A DNA stretch of 64,000 nt from Octopus bimaculoides (GCF_001194135.2 NC_068984.1:4684694-4748693); one strand, 5' to 3'. Positions 13,855 through 27,635 are shown, counted from the stretch's first letter. Program-made: numbers and translations. The notes: a model not told the origin generated them from the letters alone.

Positions 13855-16800
13855 TAATAATAATAATATCGAAAAATACCTGAGGAATGAGAACCCAGGT
13901 TTGAAATTTCCCCAAGACATCTGATGAAGGCTGGAGGGTATATCAGTCGAAACGTGTTAACAACAAACAAGATGAGGTCAAATGTAAATGATGTAAGTAA
14001 TGTACATAATTCCTCATCTCTTAAATATAGAACTGTAACATCATTGAAATTTCAAATGTATGGAATAACACCTGATTAATTCAAAATAGTATCAATAAAT
14101 AAACATGTTATGGAGTAAACTGCTAAAAGGGGTTTGAGGAAGACTAACCAGTGACAGGAAAGGGAATTTATTGTGAGGATGAAAACCTGATGTCAGTAAA
14201 AGAAAGCTAATGGGGAATTTCAGTTTTGAGGGAAGGTCATTTCAAAGAAGTTAGAGTTAAAAGGTAAAATTCTATATTTCTGTACCTGGGCCAGTGTTGA
14301 AATGCGGTTATTTAATTTTGCAGCTTCCCAAGAGAAGTATGACAAACAGATAGCGTTTTACAAGCAACAACTGCAGTTGGGTAACTCCACTTCAAACAAC
14401 AGTAGTCATCAAGGAAAATCAGATGATAACGACGAAGAGAAAAGATCTGAAGATTGTTCAAATCAGTAAGTGTTTGTTTAATTTAGAAGAACTGTGCTTC
14501 TCCCTTGGCCATCTATATGTTGGCTGCTCTCGAGTGGGGAGCCAACATAACCTATTTGCTTTTGCAACTCGTGAGAAAACCCAAAATATAGTCGATAAGG
14601 AAGTTTTGTAGGTGTCCTATCCACCAACAAGTAATCACTGGTTTTTTGTATAAGTGCTTACATTTGCTGTATCCGTATGCTATTTTTGTCCTTTTGACAA
14701 TATTATATATGCCTCTGAGGTTGCATTTGCTATTGTTTTCTGCATTTATATGTTGCTATTATGCTTTACTATCGATGTTCTGTAGTTTTAACTTAATTAA
14801 TCTACTTTTCCCTACATCTTATTTACACATTCTTTTGACATGCAGCATGATCTTGCCAAGACCGTTTTAGTGGCCACCGACTTTTACATGCTTTTCTAGG
14901 TTACAATCTCAAATAACAAGCAAAGCAAATACAACACACCAAAGTGGTGTGAAGGACTTCTTAAGGGCCACCACCTCTAATTGGAGTTGTCTTTGCTGAC
15001 AGCTCTGCTGCTGGGACTTTTGAGAGTAAACAATCCAAGGCCCTTTACAGGGCCACCAAGGTTAAATTGTTACCATTGGATTCATCCTTGCTGACAGCAC
15101 CGCTGCAGAGATATTTCATAGTGAACGTTCAAAGGCCCTCTTTCGTGTCAACACCTGTAAATTGTTACTTCTATAGTCGTATTTGACGGAAGTCTTTTGG
15201 TTTATTTCAACAACTACTCCATTGTGAGTTATACCGGGCAACGCCGGGTACCTCTGCTAGTATTATATAAATATCATGGAGGCAGAATTGAAACAATCAA
15301 CTTATTGTTAAATTCATTTGAGCTCAGTTAATTCATTAGTCTCATTCGTAATTATGCTCTAATTATGCTCTGTGATTAACAATTTTGAGTTTTATCTAAT
15401 CTTTTGATAATTCATGATTATATTTGCTTTTATTAATTCAGGATATCAAGTGATTCAAGTATTTCCCAGTCTGAAGGTGAGTAAATGTTTAGAACTGATT
15501 CCAGCAGTATTCTTGTCCACAGCCATGCTACAGAAGCTTCTAAAACTGTTTCGGTTGCAAACTTTACAGAAACATTGACATAAACATTATTTTTCTCCCA
15601 AAAATCCTGCAGCAGGTACCATTCTACGTTTGTATATACATTATACACACTTCATTATTGTAATCTAATGCTGTATCAAATGTGTCTATTGAATTAGTCA
15701 TTATTAAAATTGAGACTCTAGTTAATTTTGTAAATTTGAATTTGAAAGACACATTACTTAACATGTTAAATTCAAATTACGACAAATGTAAAGTGATGTT
15801 TAAATTCTCAATCGCAGAATAATGCTAATAATATAGCCTGAACAGGATAAACTATCCCTATTTTTGCAGAGAAAAGTGTAGGTGGCCACTACACTTTTCT
15901 CTGCAAAATAGGGTTAGTTTATCCTGTTCAGGCTATATTATTAGCATTATTCTGCGATTGAGAATTTAAACATCACTTCTTTAACATTACTTAATCATTT
16001 TAATGTGTCTTTAGAACTTGTTGGTCAGAGCTGACTCCACTGATCCCAAGTGAATCCAACCACAAGTGCAAATACAGTGTTTAGCACCCTAAGGTTTATT
16101 ACGTTTGGTATGGACAAAAAAAAAAAAAAACGATTACATCAAAGTCACTCTATCCAGATTACAAGTTCAGGTTTATACCTGTAGTTATTGGGGCCCTGGG
16201 ATATGTAACACACTGCCTAAATACCTGTCTTGAGAGATTAGGTTTCTCAAAACTAGGAAGGAGAAAACTAATTTGAAGGCTACAGATCCAATCTATCACT
16301 GGAACTGTAAAAATCTGTAAAACTTTCCTGAAGTTTATCATTTAAATATATACGAGCATGTCTAGATATGCAACTATATGCATGAGAATATATACATAAA
16401 ATATACAAATCTGCACATAGACGTACATGCATGCATGCATACATACATACACACATACATACATACATGCATACATACATGCATACATGCATACATACAT
16501 ACATACATACCCTGTTGTTGATGTTGAAATTCCAATGAAAGAGACTTGGATCTAGGTTAGAAACCAGCACTTTCTCTATAAGCAAGACATCTTGAAATAA
16601 ACTGAATAATGACATACATACATACATACCTATATATGTATTTATATATTTATATATAAAATATTCATTAATTAAAAAGTAAATTGATGTTTCATTTTGT
16701 GTGTTTAATTCTTACAGCTTTATCAAATGATAAAAACAAAAATATTTTACAATCACCTTCAAAAGAAGAATGTATCCAAGAATTAAGTGGTAAGTATACC

Positions 16801-19623
16801 AAAACATTATTGCTATTTCTTCGGATTTAAAACATAAAAACTGTCTTCCCATGCCACCATTCTTTTCCTTTCCTTTATAATTTAGTTGAATGATTAAACC
16901 TAAATGATTAAACGTGAGATTTTGATGTTGTACTTTTCCACAAATCTATTTTGTTTGCAGCAGATAGAAATTGCATTTTAGATATTTCACTGCTTTGTCT
17001 CCCATTTTATATGTTGGCGTGAGTCTGGATGACTTCACAGCTCATTGTGCCTTGTTAACGCTTTGCCCATCCTGTGTATCACATGTGACAAATTTTTGGA
17101 TTATCTATTTATTTGCTTATTTGTTTATTTTTTTCCAGTGTTGAGATTAAACTTAGAAACTGAACTTGAAGAAAATCGAATACTCAAAGAACAGCTTAAC
17201 AGTTCCGATGTAAGACTCTTACCATTTTCAACTTTTTCTTTCTTTTCTTAATTTTGTTTTGAATTTTAGTTTTTCATGAAGAATTTTTTTTCCTAGAATC
17301 TTTATTTTAAATGTTATTATTTTTAATTTGTAGAGAAAATTCAGACAACAAATAACATCTTTCGAAGATGAAATTGAAAAATTGTCGGAAAAATTGAAAA
17401 GAAAACAAGAAAGGTAAATCAGTCATTTACTTAGAATTGTTTTTTTTTTTTACATTTTTTAAAGAATTTTGCATAATTTTTCATGGGTTCAGTGGGTTTG
17501 TAAATGTTGCTTGCTTTGTAACGACATGATTTTGAGTTCAGTCCCACTGCACGGTACCTTGAGCAAGTGTCTTCTATTATAGCCTTGAATAGTAGTTAGG
17601 GAACTTGGTTCACCGTCGTAAGGCCGTGAGTTCAATTCCTGGCAGTGTATTGTGTCCTTGAGCAAGACACTTTACTTCACCTAGCTCCAGTCCACTCAGC
17701 TGGCAAAAATGAGTTGACCCTGTAATTCAAAGGGCCATCCTTGTCACATTCTGTGTCACTCTGAATCTCCCTGAGAACTACATTAAAGGTACACATGTCT
17801 GGAGTACTCAGCCACTTGCAAGTTAATTTCACAAGTAGGCTGTTTTGTTGATTGGATCGTGTGGAAGTCTCGTTGTTATAACCGGTCGAGTGCCAGTTTT
17901 TTCGTGTCCAGTTGACCGTCTCTGACTCCAATGTCCTTCTATTTACAGCTATGTTCATTTACAAGAAGAGAAAGAAACGTATTTCAAGGAGGCTGAGTAA
18001 GTAAAGAAAATCTTCAGAAAATTCTTCAATTTTTTTTTTATTGGTCTGGTGTGGGGGTGGGGTGGGGGTGAGAGAAGGGACTGGGTGCAGGGATGTCACG
18101 TGATCTCTGGGATTGATGAAATTGACATAATTAATGTTGCCTTTGATCTGTTGATGGTTGCAGGAAATGACAATGGTCTGGGAGGTAATTCCAGAGGGTA
18201 TCATTCTGGGGGGTAGGGGAAGGATTAGGTATAGCGATTGGTGGTAATGGGGGATGGTAGGAAAGTGGTAGGAGTGGGTGGTGGTGGTGGTGATGGTAGG
18301 AAAGTGGTAGGAGTGGGTGGTGGTGATGGTGGGAGTGATGGTGGGAGTGATGATGTGGTGTTTAGACCTAATGTGGGTTGTGGGAAGACTTAGAGATGAG
18401 GAAATAAGAAGTTCATGCTTAGAAGCAGTAAAGGACCAAGAGGCTCCGAGGAACAGAGGCCACAGTTGTAGGAGTTGTAGCCATTTCACATCCGGGTTGG
18501 ATGGTTTGACAGCACCCAATTACCTACTGCCCATTGTCTGTTTTGGCATGGTTTCTACAGCAGGATGCCCTTCCTAATGCCAACCACTTCACAGTATGAA
18601 CTGGGTGCTTTTTTTCCCCCCTGACACCGTCACTTGTGAGGTCATCAAGTAACTTGCAAGACAAGACCCCTCAGTTGAGTGGAGATGCAGTATTGATGGT
18701 GGTGGCTTTGTGCTGGGTGTCGAGAATCCAAAGTATGATGGAAGGACAGGAACAAGGGTCCTGGTTTTGAAGAGATACATGGCTACTCTAACTGGAATGG
18801 AGAAAGGATGGTGGAGATAAGGTGTCAGAGTATATCCCTAGGGTACAAGAAGGTGGATAGAGAGAGAATAGGGACTGAGGATTGAAGATGGCTGGATTGG
18901 TTGGTTCTTGAGATTGTGAAAGGTGAGTGACAGATGGTAGAGATGGGGGCAGAAGCAAATGCAGTGAATAGGGAAGAAGCGGGGGTGGTGTATAGAAGAA
19001 GTAATTGAACAGTTTCTGATAATAATTTTAAAAAATCACAAGTTGCTTATTTTCATTTTTATCTTTTAATCCTTTGAAGAAAACGGCTTGAAGAGGTCCA
19101 GGCTGGTCGTGATCGGGAAAAGAAGTATTATACAGATGTGGTCAATAAGCTGCAGGCTGAAATGGAATGTAAACAGCAGGTTGGTACATGTTTAGCTGTG
19201 TGGGTTGTGGCAGTGGGGTTTTCGCTTGGTTCCAGTTCTGTGACTCTTTGAGGAAGTGTCTCTACTGTAGTGTTGATTTGTAGCTTGTGTATGGTATTTG
19301 GTCAAGTGAAATTGGACAGAAACCTGAGTGTGCGTTTGTGTGTAATGTTTGAAGTCCTTTGTTGGTCAAGATTTACTATGCTTCTGTACACATGTATTTA
19401 TACAGCTGTGTGTGTATATGTATATATATATAGGGGAAGAATTCACAAAAAAACAAAAGACAGGTGATGTAGACAACAAACAGATGTATTAGTTTAACAC
19501 TTGAGAAGTGAAGAAGTCTTTAATGTTTCGAGCCTATACTCTTCCACAGAAAGAAACAAGGAGAGAAAATAAAGGATGTGTAGTGGCTTGCGATCTATCA
19601 TGGCGAATGCCGGACAGAAGGGT

Positions 19624-19663
<40 letters not shown>

Positions 19664-22600
19664 GGTGTGGGTGTATGGTAAGAAGCTTGCTTCCCAACCA
19701 CATGGTTCCAGGTTCATACTCACGGCTTGGCACTTTGGACAAGCGTCTTTTACTATCGCCTCTGACTGACCAAAGGCATAATTCGTCTAATGAAGAAATG
19801 CTTTCTGTTGATTGAGAATAAGAAAACATATAAAAAGATAGTGTTATTAACTATTAAATGAATTTGAACGTTTAACAGTATTAATAAAAAGAACATCATC
19901 ACTTATCTTATCGAAGATTCCTTGTTGACTGTAGTATTACCCATGAAGGATAGGATTTATACGATGTGTGTCACGTGACAAAATGGCGTTCCTTCGTGAA
20001 CACAAATATTAAACTTTCTATGTAGAGTTAGAATATGTAAAATTAAAATATGTAAATCACGTGACAATATGGCGTTACAAGGAGCAGAGACTTTAATAAT
20101 ATTTAAATGTTATTCCACTAAATAGCACACCATTGATTGATTTCCTTGTCTATTATACTTACTTCGTCATTTTCCATTTAATACATTCTTCTCTCTTCTA
20201 TTATTGTTCTTGTCAATATAGGCGACACGCAAGACCTGCTGCTCAGAGGCACATAATCTCTTTACTAATGGAGAGTGTGTTTTTTTTTTTAGGACAACTG
20301 ACCAATTTTATATATATATATATTCCAGAGATGAGATCCAGAGATTCTTGGTATAGAAAAAACTATGTGTGTGTGTGTTTGTGTATGTATATGCATCTGC
20401 ACATGTATATGCATCTGCACATGTATATGCAGGCCTGGGCTGGTTTATTTGGCAGAAGACTTGGCAGTTGTCCATACACGCAAGCCCCCCCCCCCCCCCC
20501 CNNNNNNNNNNNNNNNNNNNNNNNNNNNNNNNNNNNNNNNNNNNNNNNNNNNNNCCCTGACTTTGATTATGTCCAAAGGGCATTCACTGGCCAAGATTGG
20601 TGGGTTTTATAGATCCTGAATCTGTTGATGGCTGTTAAGTGATAATGTTGGTGTTGGTGATGATTGTTAAGAGTGATAATTTGATCCTGATAACGAGGAT
20701 TAAGAGTGATAAAGCTGCTGCTGCAGATGGTGCAATAGTGTTGATGATGAAAGATGGAAATTATAAACCTTTATCTTGCTTTTAATTTCTTTTGTCTTTT
20801 CTCTTCTTTAAGATGCTGGATGAATTTCAGAATTCGTCTTGTTCTAAAATCAAAGAATTAGAGAATCAAAATTTGGCCTTACAGCAAATGGTAAGAACTT
20901 GTTCAGTTTTGGAATAATTGCATGCAGCCTTAAATGTCTCCATGCTTTCATCTCAATTAATCTTAAGATCTGCTTTTATGTATTTCTAGCTGACCCCAGG
21001 GAAATTCCACTGTTTAATTAGAAACAGTTGCCAAGTATTAAAGATCAATCTGGCTTTTAAGTGTTTTATTTTATAAGTTTATATATGTATATGTAGGTGT
21101 GGCTGTACGGTAATAAGTCTGCTGCCTGACCACATGGTTCAAGGTTCAGTCCCTCTCTGTGGCACCTTGGGAAAGTGTCTTCTATTATAGCCCTGGACTG
21201 AGTGTGTTTGGTTGACAGAAACTGAGAGAAGCCTGTTGTGTGTGTGTGTGTTTTCTTGCAATGGAATTTTGTGGTTGTTGTAAAATGGTTGCCACAGTCA
21301 TCATACAAGCAATGTCATTCATTTACAACATTCTTCAAAATATTTTTGGTTATAGGAAAATATTTCTTTGCTTGAGAACGTGACAGAAAATTTGCCTCAA
21401 ATAAACACTGTCTGACCTTTGTAAGCATGGAAAAGGGAACATTAAAATGATGATGATGATATATACACATATGCAAATATATATGGTACCGTACATATAC
21501 AACTCAAGAAATTGACTGAAACTATCAATACAGAATATTTTATGTATCTTGAGAGAAGAAACAATTTTTTCATAAAAGTCAGTCTTCTTTTAGTTCCCTG
21601 ACTTTTTTTTTACCTTCTTTTATCCAATGTTTTTCTGTTTGTCTTGAATATATAAATGGCACACAAATAACTTACTTGTCATCTTCTGCTACAAACCCTA
21701 ACTCCAAATATATTTCACCTTTTCCTCACAATGGCCATTCCAAAGATACAAACCTCACAAGCATTTACTTCATTGTGTGTTAGTGTGGTTCTCTAACTTT
21801 GCTAAAAATAGTAGCCAAACCTTCTTTAGATCATAGCTTTACTATCATAAAATAGGGAAGACACATTGGATAATGTAGTCCATGGTACAATATAATACAT
21901 CTGAATAAAAGACTGGGTAGTCATGGTAGGGTTAAGTTTGATCATAGGTCTGAGCAATTGCAACAACAATACCAACAATATTTCATTGTCAGAAGACACG
22001 GTGCAACAAAAAGAACCCATTAATTTCTCTATTCATGTCTCTACCTCACTGTAGTTGTGTGAGATTTCTTCCAATGCCTCTAGATCGATGCTTTATTCCC
22101 TCTGTAGTTGTGTGAGATTTCTTCCAATGCCTCTAGATCGATGCTCTATTCCCTCTTTGTAGTTGTGTGAGATTTCTTCCTATGCCTCTAGATCGATGCT
22201 TTATTCCCTCTCTGTACTTATGTGAGATTTTTTCATATGTCGCTATAGATTGATGTCACAGTTCCTCACTGTATTTATGCGAGGTTTCTTCTTGTGTCTG
22301 TAGATCGATGCCACAAGTATTGTTAACAACCAGCAGCGTGATGAAGTAGAAATGGAATACAAACAGCGAATTAGTGTTCTGGAGAAACAACTAGCCATGC
22401 AGGCCCAGCAGTTCGATGACTTTAAAGTTCAACTACAGGTAACGGGTTTTTCTTTATTTCATCATCTTCCATATGTTAAGAAGTTTCACCTCAAATCATG
22501 GTAAACCTATTGTCTCGTTGATGTCTGTTTAACAAACTGTTTCTTCAGCTTGAATGTGTGGACTCAGAGATTCTGTCACTATTATCCTCCAGACACTTCT

Positions 22601-24250
22601 AGGTGTCATTCATGAGGTAGGACAGGGATTGAAACTGGAAATTATATTTTAGAAAAATAGACCAGTGCTAGGACATTAGACCCAGTCTGTGAAAATATAA
22701 GGTTCAGGTTTAATCCTTGTTTAGATCTTGAATGACACCTGAAAGGGACTGCGGAAAATTCTGAGGATTATGAAATGACAATGATGCATCAAAAAGAAGA
22801 AATAGAGTTTGGGGGAGACTGACTTAGATAAGTTATCCAGTCTTCCTTGAATACATACCATTGTCTTCAGAGAAAGGTAGGATGCGGTGGATAATACTGT
22901 GTTGGATATATGTAAAAATAAAACCCTGCAAAAAGCAAAACAAGATGAGAGGTTTGTGGCTGGAACATCTTTGATTCTTTGATTACACGTCTGCTAAATG
23001 GCGCTTGGCCTAGGGCTAAACAACAACAGCAACTACTACTACCACTACTACTACTACTACTACTACCAGCAGTTGTAGTTGTCTTTATTGAAAGATGGTA
23101 TCAATATTGGTTGGTTTTTGTGATATTGATTGTTTCAGGCAAAACTAGGAGAGTGACATATTGCAGTTGTGTTGTTGTTGTCATCAAATAGTGTCGACCN
23201 NNNNNNNNNNNNNNNNNNNNNNNNNNNNNNNNNNNNNNNNNNNNNNNNNNNNNNNNNNNNNNNNNNNNNNNNNNNNNNNNNNNNNNNNNNNNNNNNNNNN
23301 NNNNNNNNNNNNNNNNNNNNNNNNNNNNNNNNNNNNNNNNNNNNNNNNNNNNNNNNNNNNNNNNNNNNNNNNNNNNNNNNNNNNNNNNNNNNNNNNNNNN
23401 NNNNNNNNNNNNNNNNNNNNNNNNNNNNNNNNNNNNNNNNNNNNNNNNNNNNNNNNNNNNNNNNNNNNNNNNNNNNNNNNNNNNNNNNNNNNNNNNNNNN
23501 NNNNNNNNNNNNNNNNNNNNNNNNNNNNNNNNNNNNNNNNNNNNNNNNNNNNNNNNNNNNNNNNNNNNNNNNNNNNNNNNNNNNNNNNNNNNNNNNNNNN
23601 NNNNNNNNNNNNNNNNNTAGCTGGAGATGATTTTTAAAATGAGAATATCTGAAATAAACTCGACTGCTCTCACAAACGGGAATACTAAAAATGAACCCGA
23701 CCGCTCTCAAAAATTAAGTATAAAAAAAAAACTGGAAAAATAATCCAGAATCTTTGTCCAGTACTGGATTGATCCCAGTCATGAGGCCAAACATCCCTGA
23801 AAGTTTCATCCGAATCCATCCAGCGGTTCTTGAGATATCTTGTCCATGGACAAACAAACACAACTGAAAACAATACCTCTGCCTTTGCTAATGAGGAGAT
23901 AATAATAATCCTTTCTACTATAGGCACAAGGCCTGAAATTTTGGCCAATATTTTGAACTCTGCATTCAGCAGTTATGAATCTAAAGTTATCAATACAATC
24001 CCCCCTTGTTTGGGTCTTTTCTCAGCAACTCTACTGCTCCTTGGCTCACAAAACTGGGAATTCTTCCGTTCTGTCGCCAGTTGCAGTAAACATTTGCTAA
24101 AAGGTCGCCAAACAAGTCTGGCATGTAAGTGTAAAGCTTGTAGGGCAGACTATCCAAACCAAGCGATTTACTCCTCGTGCAGCTAGCCATTGCTTTCTGT
24201 ATTTCAAAGGCTGTTATCAGCCTTTTGCAGTGCTCCACCTCCGTAATGAG

Positions 24251-24281
<31 letters not shown>

Positions 24282-25220
24282 GTAATAATAATAATGATGA
24301 TGATAATAATAATAAACACATTAGAATAATAAAACATCTAAGGACGTATAAACTTGTTTATTTCTGAACAGATGGATCTTGTTAGTTTGGGCAAACAGCC
24401 AGTTTAGAGAAAGACTGATTGTGTGTGCGTGTGTGTGTATAGTTTTGTGTACGTGTGTATGTATTTGTATATTGTGCATGTGCATATGGTTGTGTGTGTT
24501 TACATAGTTGTGTTTATGTATGTATGTGTATGCTGTGGTGTGCGTGTGTGTGTGTGCGATTATGTGATTGCATGTGGTTGCATGGTTGTATGTATGTGTG
24601 TATGTATCTGTTGTGTGTTTGCATGCAATTCCATGTTTGTGTGATTGCATGTGTGCATATATGTGTGTGTGTGTGTTTGTATGTGTGAATGTTTGTGTAC
24701 TGTTGTGTGTGTGTGCGTGTGTGTTTGCATATAGTTGTATGTGTGTGTAAGAACTTCTTCCAATGCCTTATTTAACATTTTTGCTACCATATTTCTGTTG
24801 AAATATTCTGTCTTTTGTTTTAATTCACTTTGAAAATAATGAAGAATTTAGTAAAATAAGGTTATTATTATTATTCAGCAGAAATGGACGTGTGTATATT
24901 CTAAGAAAGAATTAAGTAAAAGAAGGTAAAACAATATGGAAATAAAAAGAACATTTAACAGAGAAAGACATTTATTTGTAAACCTTCTTTAAGCGAAAAA
25001 GAAAGAACGAAGATTCACAATTTTCTTTCCATTTTGTTATAAACTTTCATGAAAATATTTAGCTTAATGTCTTTAATAACCATATTAAGAAATATATATA
25101 TTTGTGAATATACATGTGTGTGTATGTATATATATATGTATGCACACATAGAGATAGAATGAAAGAGAAAGAGAGGAGTTGCAAATCAAACTGGAAGTTA
25201 TCTTATAGATAGATTTCAGA

Positions 25221-25264
<44 letters not shown>

Positions 25265-26229
25265 AGTTCAGATTCTGCCGAGGTCAACTTTGCCTTTCAT
25301 CCTTTCGGGGTCGATGAAATAAGTACCAGTTATGCACTGGGGTCGATGTAATCGACTCATCCCCACCTTCCCCAACAATAATAAAAGTAGAAATTATTAT
25401 TATTATTATTACTATTATTAAGGCAGCAGCTGGCAGAATTGTTAGCATTCTGGGCAAAATACGTAGTGGTGTTTTATAGGTCATTGCATTCTGAGTTCAA
25501 ATTCCACTGAGGTTGATAAAATAAATACCAGTAGAACACTGGGGTCAATGCAATCGACTTACTTCTTCCCCTCAAATTGCTGGCCTTGTGTCAAAATCTG
25601 AAACCATCATCATCATCATCATTATTAAGAACCATCCAAATGTGGCTGATGCCAGTGCCGCCTGACTGGCTCCAGTGCCGCCTGACTGGCTCCAGTGCCG
25701 GTGGCACGTAAAAAGCACCCTCTACACTCAGAGTGGTTGGCGTTAGGAAGGGCATTCAGCTGTAGAAACATTGCCAGATCAGATTGGAGCCTTGTGTAGC
25801 CACCTGGCTTGCCAGTCCCCAATCAAACTGTTCAACCCATGCCAGCATGGAAAACGGACGTTAAACGATTATTATTATCATCATTATCATCATTAGCCTG
25901 GTGTAGCCATCCGGTTTCACCAGTCCTCAGTCAAATCGTCCAACCCATGCCAGCATGGAAAGCGGACGTTAAACGATGATGATGATGATGATGATGATTG
26001 AATGAGAGTGCAGTGCATGCCATCAAAGTGTCACTGGGGTACAAAAATACGAAGCCCAGTATACCCATCATGACTACCCGTCTGATAAGGGTACACCAGG
26101 CACATGCATCACAACTATACATGCACGACATGGTGACCTTATATCAAGATAAACAGCGCATGACCTTGCAGGTGGGGTGGGAGGGGCCCAGTTAGAATTT
26201 TCTTCGGGTCGAGTAGCCCACCCTGTTCA

Positions 26230-26260
<31 letters not shown>

Positions 26261-27569
26261 GGTGAGGGCACATGGCCTAGTCGTTAGAGTGTTGTGCTCA
26301 CGACTGTGAGGTCTTGGTTGCAATTCCTGGACTGGGTGGTGCATTATGTCTTTGAGCTAAAAACTTCATCTCGTGTTGCTCTGCGATCACATCAACACCT
26401 GACATGTGGCACACCTGTGTGCACCTGTTCAGGTAACATCGATTTGACTGAGGGAGGGAGTGAGCTAATGCACAGCACACACATTTTGATCCCTACAAAC
26501 AAACCATTTGGCAAAAAGGCCGAACTCTCTCCTGTGTCATCTTCAATGGAAGACTCCATCATTATTATTATTATTATTATCAAAATTGTTGTTGCTCTCA
26601 GGTCAACTGCAAATTAAAGTTAAATAAAAATAGCCGTACCACATAAAACCTGATACTGTATAAACAAATCTCTGTTGAAATATGATTGTCAGTCATAGAT
26701 TTTCAACAGAAACAACTGCAGCCAAAGAAAGTCATGCTCTGTTTGCTGCAAACAATGTGGCCTCTTACTTGTCTGATAGTCAGATTATGTAAACATCACA
26801 GTAACTAATAATATTGGTAAACAGGCAGTTTAGTTATGTGAAAGACAACATTAACTTTATTGTTGTTTGAAAAGGTTAAGAAAGCTTTACTGCTGAAAGA
26901 AATTTTGATAAAAAAATACAAAAGAAAAAGAAAAAAAATGATAAAGCTCTAGGTTTAGGCTTGCAATCACCTGGTTTTGGGTTCAGTCTCACTATACATT
27001 TATTTCTTTATTGCCCATAAGGGGCTAAATATAGCGGGGACAAACAAAGACAGACAAAGGGATTAAGTTGATTACATCGACCTCAGTGTGTAACTGGTAC
27101 TTAATTTATCGACCTCGAAGGGATGAAAGGCAAAGTTGATCTTGGTGGAATTTGAACTCAGAACGTAAAAACAGACGAAATACCGCTAAGCCTTTCGCCC
27201 GGTGTGCTAACGTTTCTGCCAGCTCAATGCCTCCTGCACATTACCCTGGGCAAGTGACTTTTACCAAAGCTCTGGGTTCAACCATGCCTTGTGAGTGACC
27301 AGTCCCTTGCCTCCTAACATAAACCTGACCTCCACCTCCTTCAGGGTTCATAGTCCTACGAGTTGCCTAGCAACCTCAGTTGTGCTGGAACCATGAAAGT
27401 AGTAAGCAGTCCATGCTCTGAAGTGGTTGGTATCAGGAAGGGCGTCTGGCTGTAGAAACCATGCTAAAGCAGGCACTGGAGTATGATGTGGTCCTTGAGC
27501 CCATCAGATGCTGCCAAACCATCCAACCCATGCCAGCATGGGAAATAGGCATTAAACGATGAAGATGAA

Positions 27570-27635
<66 letters not shown>

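Larger units (their letters stand above)
13576..14037. mobile_element. Head-to-head inverted pair of 5'-truncated family A elements nested in a piggyBac-like MITE
   Basis: Left arm 13576-13792 (-) and right arm 13801-14037 (+) are reverse complements apart from microsatellite length. MITE halves at 13462-13575 (TTAA|CCCTTTAG) and 14038-14131. Confidence 0.8.

Noticed and set aside
22044-22311. CRISPR-like regular repeat
   Set aside because: The units are contiguous with no unique spacers; eukaryotic intron, no cas genes.
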